The translations under genes and the position numbers were made by a program. Shown here piece after piece: positions 27,142 to 33,943 of a stretch of 64,000 nucleotides of DNA; the stretch's first letter is position 1; each line of letters begins with the position of its first letter. Source of the DNA: a virus; the IMG/VR virus record IMGVR_UViG_3300045996_003734, positions 45,167 through 109,166 of that record; one strand, written 5' to 3'. Below the pieces are notes generated by a model. The model was not told the DNA's origin, did no database searches, and was given only the letters and a program-made list of their open reading frames with translations.

Positions 27142-27357
27142 CCTTCGACCTCCATGTACTCGAACCCGCACCCAAGGCAGGTCACGTCGGTGATGCCGTC
27201 CCTGTAGCAGCGGCTTATCTGCACGTGCTCGCAGGTGACGAACGGGCCGCGCAGCCGGAACGCCTTACGCTTCGGCTTGGCCGCCAGTCCGAGCTGCGCG
27301 TCCAGACGCCGCTCCACCTCGGCGTGGTCGACGTAGTCCAACGGCATCGGTTGCATC
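27138..27357 (-). CDS. Small Zn-ribbon protein (start approximate)
   Basis: C.H ... C..CG; GTGA overlap with xis. Confidence 0.45.
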
Positions 27358-27625
27358 ACGAGGTGCTCTCCTGCTCTGCGCGCTTGAGCCGCTCCTCGGC
27401 CTCGCGCTGGTAGTTGCTCATCGCCTGGTCGAGGTGGATGCGGCCGCTCTTGGTCCAGTAGGCCCAGAGCTCCCGGCACACCGCGACGCGCTGCTCGTCG
27501 GTCAGCATTGCGGGTCCCCCGTTAGGAGCCAGGCGAGCACGCGCTTCGGCAGCTCTACCCGCTCGCGCTTGTTCTCGGGCCCGTCCCCGACGGTGAGCAC
27601 GATCGCTGCGGGCCAGCCCGAGCCG

Positions 27626-27871
27626 TCAGCGCGCCGCACCTCGCGGATGCTTCGGGTCGACGTGTGCCCGAACGGGTTCGCGTCGTCGCAGACCCAGCCG
27701 TCCAGCTCGAACGGCCCGGCGCTCGGAGCGGCAGCCGTTGCAGACACGGGAACGACAGCCGGGGTTGGCGAAGTGGTAGTCCGTGAGCGGCCACCACTCG
27801 TCGCAGCGGTTGCAGCAACGCTCAATGATGCCGTCTTCGGCGGGTCGATCGGGGACGCGCTCCCAGAGCAT
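27626..27871 (-). CDS. Small Cys4 zinc-finger protein
   Basis: RCCNRCDEWWP...F...C.GC; GGAGG RBS. Confidence 0.55.
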   Translation of the reverse strand: MLWERVPDRPAEDGIIERCCNRCDEWWPLTDYHFANPGCRSRVCNGCRSERRAVRAGRLGLRRREPVRAHVDPKHPRGAAR

Positions 27872-27884
27872 GATCGCCTCCGCA

Positions 27885-28604
27885 CTAGGCCGCCCTCCGC
27901 GCCACGCCCTCGGCTGCCCCACCCCGAGCGGCATCGTCCCAAGCCTGAACGCAATGACGCCGGAGGGCGTCAGATTCAGTGCAGGGGCGCAGCGGGGCAG
28001 GCTGCGGCGCGCAGCGGAATGCCACAGCATCGGGCAAAAAAAAGGGCGCCGCGCGGTCGATTCGAACGACCTCATTCCCCGCTTCACCGGCCGGCATGGC
28101 GGGGACCCGGCTCAACAGACCGGTGACCTTCCCACAGGTCGAGCGCGCGTCTTGTGGTGCTAAGTGCGAGGTGGCCAGTTCCAGCAGCCTGGCTTCGGCG
28201 TCTCGCTGAAGGGAACGTCCGTGTTGAAGAACTGTCCCGTCGGGTTCAGGATGCAAAGGCCCACGCTGTCGTTGGGCCCGAAATTCACCTGCGTCACCAC
28301 CGCCGCTCTCGGCGCCGGCAGGTACTCGCCGCCCGGCGTTCCGTAGCTCTGGTAGTGCACGATCCGTCCCACGCTCGGTTTCTGGTCCATTGGTTTCTCC
28401 GTTCAGCTCGAGCACGCACAGCGCCTCGAGAGCAGTCATGCGGGCGCGGCCGAGCTCGAGGTCACGCAGCGTCCGGACGCCGATGCCGAGCTCGTGGGCG
28501 GCGCGCTCCTGCGACCAGCCGCGGGCAACGCGGGCTCGACGGAGGCGACCGGCAGCCGCCCGCCTCGCCCCACCCCGCAGGGTGAACAGCTTTCCCTCAG
28601 ACAT
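27885..28604 (-). CDS. XRE-family HTH protein (domain at ~28390-28604; long overlapping tail doubtful)
   Basis: LRRARVARGWSQERAAHELGIGVRTLRDLELG. Confidence 0.55.
   Translation of the reverse strand: MSEGKLFTLRGGARRAAAGRLRRARVARGWSQERAAHELGIGVRTLRDLELGRARMTALEALCVLELNGETNGPETERGTDRALPELRNAGRRVPAGAESGGGDAGEFRAQRQRGPLHPEPDGTVLQHGRSLQRDAEARLLELATSHLAPQDARSTCGKVTGLLSRVPAMPAGEAGNEVVRIDRAAPFFLPDAVAFRCAPQPAPLRPCTESDALRRHCVQAWDDAARGGAAEGVARRAA
28036..28071 (-). terminator. Possible intrinsic terminator (T8 run after the tRNA-like stems)
   Basis: A8 on the plus strand at 28036-28043, rare in this GC-rich DNA. Confidence 0.45.
28044..28149 (-). tRNA. Atypical tRNA-like RNA (anticodon GTT/Asn) with 35-nt variable arm, imperfect acceptor stem, no CCA
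   Basis: D-arm GACC-tgtgggaa-GGTC; anticodon arm CCGGT-ctgttga-GCCGG; T-arm GGTCG-ttcgaat-CGACC; followed by T8. Confidence 0.65.
28160..28390 (-). CDS. Conserved small phage protein (PSVGRIVHY...W.WP family)
   Basis: Recognisable motif; GGAGA RBS. Confidence 0.75.
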   Translation of the reverse strand: MDQKPSVGRIVHYQSYGTPGGEYLPAPRAAVVTQVNFGPNDSVGLCILNPTGQFFNTDVPFSETPKPGCWNWPPRT

Positions 28605-28914
28605 GGTCACCTTGAAGCAAGCGCTCGCGGACGTGCTCGACCGCTGCCGCGAAGCGCTCGTCCTGGAGCCGAGCCCGAGCGGCGCGCAGCAGGGCGGTAG
28701 CCGCCCCGCCCGTCCGACCGAGGGCCACGGCCACCTCGGCATCGCTCATGACGGTGTGGTCGTGGAGCAGCAGAGCGGCGACGTGGCGAGCGAAGCCGAG
28801 GCTCCGGGCGATGCGAGGGCCGCGGAGGTCGACGACGGCGATCCCGAAGTGCTCAGCAGCCCGCTCGATGATGAGCGGAGCCGGGAGCAGACGGAGGGCT
28901 GGTGCGGCTCCCAT
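28597..28914 (-). CDS. DnaA C-terminal (domain IV)-like HTH protein
   Basis: IIE..AEHFGI...DL.G.R......ARHVA..L...T.MS..E....LGR pattern. Confidence 0.75.
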   Translation of the reverse strand: MGAAPALRLLPAPLIIERAAEHFGIAVVDLRGPRIARSLGFARHVAALLLHDHTVMSDAEVAVALGRTGGAATALLRAARARLQDERFAAAVEHVRERLLQGDHV

Positions 28915-29094
28915 TCAGCCCTCCCCGCGGTTGGAGAAGCCCTTGAAGACGGCCGGCTTCACCTCGACCAGCTCCCGGAGCGGCTGCTCGAGCACGCGAG
29001 CGCCTTGGGCCTTGGCCACCTGGGCCTCACGGGCGAACACCAGCGCGAAGCGGTGCTCTCCGGCTACCTCGGTTTCGGCGAGCCAGGACTGCAT

Positions 29095-29367
29095 TTAGGC
29101 CGCCTCTTTGCGGTCGCAGACCCGGAGGTAGCGGATGAACTCCCGCCGCAAGCGCCCGCTCCGGAGGACGGCTCGGAGGTTCAGCGGGGCGGTGCCGGCC
29201 ACCCAGGCCTGCATCGTTCGGAGGCTGACGCGGCACCAGCGCGCGGCATCGGACTGCGACGCGCCCGCCTTGGCGATGGCGTAGCGCAGCGCATGCGCAG
29301 AATGCTGCGTAACCTGTTGCTCCGACCAGGTTACCCCGATGTGCGGGATGACCGTACGCTTGGCCAT
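29095..29367 (-). CDS. HTH regulator (cII-position)
   Basis: SQSDAARWCRVSLRTMQAWVAG; follows the cro-like gene. Confidence 0.65.
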   Translation of the reverse strand: MAKRTVIPHIGVTWSEQQVTQHSAHALRYAIAKAGASQSDAARWCRVSLRTMQAWVAGTAPLNLRAVLRSGRLRREFIRYLRVCDRKEAA

Positions 29368-29368
29368 G

Positions 29369-29608
29369 TTAGGCAGCCCCCTTGTCCGGCTCCCGCTCGG
29401 AAGCAGCCGGCTCACTCCACCACGCCGGATCGATTGGAACCTCCGGATCGTCCTTCAGCTTTTGACTGTTCTCGGTCGTCGGCGCCGTGCCGCCGCGCGC
29501 GAGCCTCGACAGTCTCGGTTGAGAGATACCAGTGCGGCTCGCGAGCCGTTTCTGGACCCCTCGGGTTTGGAAGGCTTTTGCCAACGTTTGAGAGGCCCGC
29601 GAATGCAT
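29369..29608 (-). CDS. Cro-like repressor
   Basis: QKRLASRTGISQPRLSRLARG HTH; divergent from cI-like gene. Confidence 0.7.
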   Translation of the reverse strand: MHSRASQTLAKAFQTRGVQKRLASRTGISQPRLSRLARGGTAPTTENSQKLKDDPEVPIDPAWWSEPAASEREPDKGAA

Positions 29609-29646
29609 CAGCGTCGCAAGTATGCACTCGCGGATATATCCGTCAA
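29594..29646. promoter_or_regulatory. Operator pair and leftward promoter (TTGACG-16-CATACT)
   Basis: ATGCATTCGCGGGCC (-, 29594-29608) and ATGCACTCGCGGATA (+, 29622-29636). Confidence 0.6.
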
Positions 29647-30320
29647 CGCAAAAACGGACTACTTGCGTGGAGGCCCCGGAATTTGGAGCATTCGGCGTGC
29701 CCGCTCACCCAGGCCCGTTGAAGGCCAAGCCACCGAAGACACGACCCGCGGGGTGGACCGATGGTCAGTGGCAGTTTCCCAAGCGTCTCGAGGCGCTTGG
29801 CGTCGAGTGTGGCTGGGACCCGGCGGAGGTGCAGCGAATCGCCCAGGTCTCGCAGGCCACCGTCTCGCGTTGGCTGGCATACAAGTCGAAGCAGCCAGAT
29901 CCGCTTGCGGTGAAGCGATTGGAGATAGCTGCAAAACGGCCGCCAGGCTGGCTCTTGCGCGAGCCCGACGAGGGAACAACAGCTGCAGCGTCGGGCGTTT
30001 CCACGCAACTCGCGCTGCGGCTTGTCCGAGCAGGCCTGAGCAACGACTTGCTAACTCTCTCGGATGAGGAGCTAGGGGCAGTGGAACGGTTTCGACCTGA
30101 GTTGAGAAAGGCGATCTTGGGGATCGTCCACGTGTACGACGTGCCGCTTGAGCGCGCCGCCGCTTTGGCGGACATCGCCGTGGGCGCTGAGCCATCGATG
30201 GTGGGGCATCCGTCGGGAGACGCGCCTTTCTGGTTTGAGCGAATGGCTAGACGGGTGCCGCCGAGAAAGGAAAGCGGCAGCTTTCCGTCGTCGGGCTCGA
30301 TAAAAATTCCGAAGCGATAA
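29622..30320 (+). CDS. CI-like HTH immunity repressor (true start may be downstream)
   Basis: VQRIAQVSQATVSRWL HTH; flanked by operator repeats; no S24 peptidase domain recognised. Confidence 0.7.
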   Translation: MHSRIYPSTQKRTTCVEAPEFGAFGVPAHPGPLKAKPPKTRPAGWTDGQWQFPKRLEALGVECGWDPAEVQRIAQVSQATVSRWLAYKSKQPDPLAVKRLEIAAKRPPGWLLREPDEGTTAAASGVSTQLALRLVRAGLSNDLLTLSDEELGAVERFRPELRKAILGIVHVYDVPLERAAALADIAVGAEPSMVGHPSGDAPFWFERMARRVPPRKESGSFPSSGSIKIPKR

Positions 30321-30370
30321 CTTAGCAACTACGAGCGGTTATCCGAGGTCGCGCCGCTGCGCACAGTTCT

Positions 30371-30405
30371 ATGCGCTTGCGCATTCATCCGCGAACGCAT
30401 ATATC
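30371..30405. promoter_or_regulatory. Second operator pair over a rightward promoter (TTGCGC-17-TATATC)
   Basis: ATGCGCTTGCGCATT (+, 30371-30385) and ATGCGTTCGCGGATG (-, 30386-30400). Confidence 0.6.
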
Positions 30406-30411
30406 CAAGCC

Positions 30412-30705
30412 ATGCACAGCGCGCTCGACCCCGCCGCCCTCAGGAAGCTCGCCACGGTCTACGCCGACCGGAAGAGCACCGCTCACCGCCCGATCCACGC
30501 TGCCGTGACAGCGGTGCTCCGGGGCGCCTGCCAGAGCCCGGTGGTCGAGCTCGGCGTGGAGAACCTGCTCGCCCACTACGACGGCAAGGCCGACCTCTGC
30601 GACGTCGAGCGCGCTGAGCGGTACCTGGTCGAGTGCTGGGCTGAATGCGCCCCGCCTGCCCCCGCCGCCGCGCTGCCCTCGGTGGCGTGCGGCTCGCTTA
30701 ACTGA
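30412..30705 (+). CDS. Hypothetical early protein
   Basis: First ORF after the rightward promoter. Confidence 0.6.
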   Translation: MHSALDPAALRKLATVYADRKSTAHRPIHAAVTAVLRGACQSPVVELGVENLLAHYDGKADLCDVERAERYLVECWAECAPPAPAAALPSVACGSLN

Positions 30706-30724
30706 GCTCTCCGGCCTTCGAGGC

Positions 30725-30793
30725 CTCGAGTGGGTGTCGCTCCGGGGAGTCAACCCTCCCCCCGACCTGACCTCGGAGCGACACCCACTCGAG
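30725..30793. repeat. Perfect 20-bp inverted repeat with C-rich loop
   Basis: CTCGAGTGGGTGTCGCTCCG at 30725-30744 and its reverse complement at 30774-30793. Confidence 0.9.
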
Positions 30794-31056
30794 TCCGCGC
30801 AAGCGACTCGACCAACCAGGAGCTGCAATCCCGTGACCATCAACCTGCACAACTGCCGAATCCTCCTCGCGCTCACGCCCGAGCAGTTCGAGAGGCTCAT
30901 CGAGGCCACTCGTGACGGCGCCGCCATCGTAACCACGGCGGAGCCCGTACCGCCGAACGACCCGCCGTCGAGCACCTTCCCCGCTGCTCCGGCCGCAACC
31001 GCCGAGAGCTCGGAGCCCGCCCTCCGCAACGTCGTCCCCCTCCGTCGGGTGGCAGC

Positions 31057-31335
31057 GTGAGCACCCGCTACTCGCAGGTGCACGCGCGCTCGGTAGCCGT
31101 AAAGCCCGAGCCCGCTGCCTCTCCAAAGGAGGCGATCATCAAGCTTCTCGACACGGAGACGCTGGTCACCGAGGCCATCGAGAACCTCGTCCGAGGACCC
31201 GAAAGCCTCGAGTGCCGCGACGGCGCCGACGCGCTGCTTGGTGACGCCATGCGCCGCATTGCGCAGGCCCGCGCCATCCTCCACGAGCTGCGCCGCGCCG
31301 CGTGCGGGCAGCCCACGATCGCGAGTGTCGGCTGA
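31057..31335 (+). CDS. Hypothetical protein
   Basis: Coupled overlaps with neighbours. Confidence 0.5.
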   Translation: MSTRYSQVHARSVAVKPEPAASPKEAIIKLLDTETLVTEAIENLVRGPESLECRDGADALLGDAMRRIAQARAILHELRRAACGQPTIASVG

Positions 31336-31646
31336 TGGCCGGCCGGTGCAACTGCTGCGCGCGCCCCGTGGCCATCACGGAGGCGAGTCGCTTCCGAACG
31401 GTCGTGTACCGGGACCCGCGCTCGGATGCGCCGTACCTGTATCTCGCGATGTTCGAGTGCCTTTGCCAGAACACGCTCGCGGTCGTGCTGTGGGAGGACG
31501 AGGCGACTGCTCTCGAGTCGCACGAGGCAGACGTGGCCGAAGCCGCCCGCGCCGCCGCCTACGAACGCGACGAGGCGCCGTACGACCGCGCCGTTTCTCG
31601 CGGCTTCTTTTCGCTCACTCACGAGCTCGCCAGTCGCGGGCTGTAG
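31335..31646 (+). CDS. Hypothetical Cys-containing protein
   Basis: ATG overlaps the previous TGA. Confidence 0.5.
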   Translation: MAGRCNCCARPVAITEASRFRTVVYRDPRSDAPYLYLAMFECLCQNTLAVVLWEDEATALESHEADVAEAARAAAYERDEAPYDRAVSRGFFSLTHELASRGL

Positions 31647-31676
31647 GGCGCGCTGCGCCCAGAAGGTTGGGGACTC

Positions 31677-32801
31677 ATGCAATCGACTCTTTTGATTCCT
31701 GTGGGGCGCGCCAAGGGCGAGCCGATCGCTTCGTGCTCGCTCGAGAACCTGGACTGGACCATCAACTTCATCGCGAAGAAGCTGCGGGAAGAGCCGACCG
31801 GCAGGTTTGCAGCCGACAACCGGCGCTGGCTCGACGAGGCGCAGCGCGTCTTCGGCGAGCGCAGCGAGGGCGTGGTGGTCGAGGGCCCGACGGCTGGTGC
31901 CGCGCCGGCCGCCATAACGCAGCCGCGCCCGCACGCCCCCCTCGCTACGCAGCTGGTAAATGTGCCCGTCGGGGCCATTCGCGAGGCCGCGGCCGCCACC
32001 ACGGCACTGGTCAAGGCGCGCGAGCTTGGGCACCTCATCTCCCCCGCCCCGGCCGTGGGCAACCTCCCGGAAGGCTGCGCGATCAACGTCTCCGCCGTCG
32101 TCGTCGACATCGACCGCGAGACGTACGCGATGAGCGGCACGAGCGAGCGCGGGCTCAGCAAGGTGGCCCTCGACAAGATCGCCAGCGCGCTCGGCGTCGA
32201 CTGGGACCCGCAACTCTCGCAGCGGCTCGATGACGGCTCGCACCCGCACTACTGCCACTTCCAGGCCGTCGGCCGCGTGCGCAACTTCGACGGCACGTGG
32301 CGCACCATCCAGGCTCACAAGGAGCTCGACCTCCGCGACGGCTCCGCGCTTATCGAAGACATCCTGGCGCGGGAGGCGAAGAAGCAGCAGGAGCAGGGCA
32401 ACAGCTACAAGGGCGACGGCGGCAAGAAGGAGATCGCGGGCAAGCGTCTGCACATCCTGTCGCTGTGCGAGACCGAGGCTCGGCTCCGCGCGGTGCGCTC
32501 GATGGGCCTCCGCACCGGCTACACCCGGGAGGAGCTCGCCAAGCCGTTCGTGATCGCGCAGATCTCCTTTGACGGCTACAGCGAGGACCCGGAAGCGCGG
32601 GCGCAATTCCGCGAGGGCATCATGGCCAATTTCCTCGGCGGATCGCGGGCCCTCTACGGCAAGCCTCCCGTGAAGGAGCTGCAGCAGCACGCCCCGCCGC
32701 CCCCGCTTAGCGCGTACGGCGACGCGGGCGACGAAGACGACGGGCCGCCCAACTACGGCTTCAGCGAGCCCCGGCGCACAGGAACGGGAGGGCCGTACTG
32801 A
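31677..32801 (+). CDS. Putative recombination / single-strand annealing protein
   Basis: Directly upstream of the sbcD-sbcC-like pair; acidic Pro/Gly-rich tail; function inferred. Confidence 0.5.
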   Translation: MQSTLLIPVGRAKGEPIASCSLENLDWTINFIAKKLREEPTGRFAADNRRWLDEAQRVFGERSEGVVVEGPTAGAAPAAITQPRPHAPLATQLVNVPVGAIREAAAATTALVKARELGHLISPAPAVGNLPEGCAINVSAVVVDIDRETYAMSGTSERGLSKVALDKIASALGVDWDPQLSQRLDDGSHPHYCHFQAVGRVRNFDGTWRTIQAHKELDLRDGSALIEDILAREAKKQQEQGNSYKGDGGKKEIAGKRLHILSLCETEARLRAVRSMGLRTGYTREELAKPFVIAQISFDGYSEDPEARAQFREGIMANFLGGSRALYGKPPVKELQQHAPPPPLSAYGDAGDEDDGPPNYGFSEPRRTGTGGPY

Positions 32802-33943
32802 TGCGCCTTCTCGCCTCCGGCGACAACCACTTCGCCGAGCACCTGCGCTTCGACGAGTGCATCAAGGTCCACGCCTCGATGGTCGAGCAGGCGCGCGACG
32901 TGAAAGCCGACGTCTTCTTGGACAGCGGCGACGTCTTCGACGCTGCGAGCACCCCGCGCGAGCGACAGGCCGTCGCTGAGTGGATCGTGGCGATGGCCGA
33001 GGTTTGCCCGGTCGTATTTGCGAAGGGCAACCACGACCGCCCCCTCGACGTCGCGCTCATGCGCCGCTTGTCGACGAAGCACCCGGTGATCGTCGAGGAG
33101 GGCGCCGCCGTCCACCACGTCGCCGGGGCTGCAATCGCGGTGATGGCGTGGCCCGAGCGCGCCCACCTGCTCGCGGCGCTGGGTAGCGCGGCGGCTGCGG
33201 ACCTCGGCATGCGAGAGGCGCTCCAGGGCGTGCTGCGCGGCCTCGGCCAGCAGCTCGAGCAGCACGACGGGCCGCGCGTCCTGCTCGGTCATTTCATGGT
33301 CGACGGCTCCGTCGCGAGCACCGGTCAGCCCTTGCTCGGAATGCCGATCAACGTGGGCCTGGCCGACCTGGCGCTGGCGCGCGCTCACCTGACGGTCATG
33401 GGCCACATCCACAAGGCCCAGAGCTGGGAGCTCGAGACGGGGCCCGCCATCTACACGGGCTCGCCTTTCCGGACGGACTTCGGCCAGCTCGAGCGCAAGA
33501 GCATCCTGTTCGCCGAGTTCGACGGGCAGCGACTGCTCCGCACGGAGGAGCTGGAGACGCCGTGCACGCCGATGGTGCACATGGACGGGTCGCTTGAGCG
33601 CGTCGCGGGCAGAGCGTTCTTCGCGGTAGGGCCCCACGCCGACGTGCGTGGCGCCGAGATCCGACTGCGATACAGCGTCGCGCCAGAGGATCGCGACACC
33701 GTCCGCCACCTTGCCGACGAGGCGAAGAGCGAGCTGATTGCTCGCGGCGCGCACAGCGTGAAGGTCGAAGAGGTCGTGATCGCAGAGCGCCGCGCGCGCG
33801 CTCCGGAGGTCGCGAAGGCGACGAGTGTGCAGGACAAGCTGGACGCGCACTGGCTCTCGCTCGGGTACGACCCGGGGGGGCAGCGCGGGGAGCTGCATGT
33901 GATGGCCGCGGAGTTGGAGCAGGAGGTGGCGAATGCGTCTTGA
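32801..33943 (+). CDS. sbcD: SbcD/Mre11-like metallophosphoesterase nuclease
   Basis: DNH, GDVFD, GNHD, GH and GHIH motifs. Confidence 0.9.
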   Translation: MRLLASGDNHFAEHLRFDECIKVHASMVEQARDVKADVFLDSGDVFDAASTPRERQAVAEWIVAMAEVCPVVFAKGNHDRPLDVALMRRLSTKHPVIVEEGAAVHHVAGAAIAVMAWPERAHLLAALGSAAAADLGMREALQGVLRGLGQQLEQHDGPRVLLGHFMVDGSVASTGQPLLGMPINVGLADLALARAHLTVMGHIHKAQSWELETGPAIYTGSPFRTDFGQLERKSILFAEFDGQRLLRTEELETPCTPMVHMDGSLERVAGRAFFAVGPHADVRGAEIRLRYSVAPEDRDTVRHLADEAKSELIARGAHSVKVEEVVIAERRARAPEVAKATSVQDKLDAHWLSLGYDPGGQRGELHVMAAELEQEVANAS

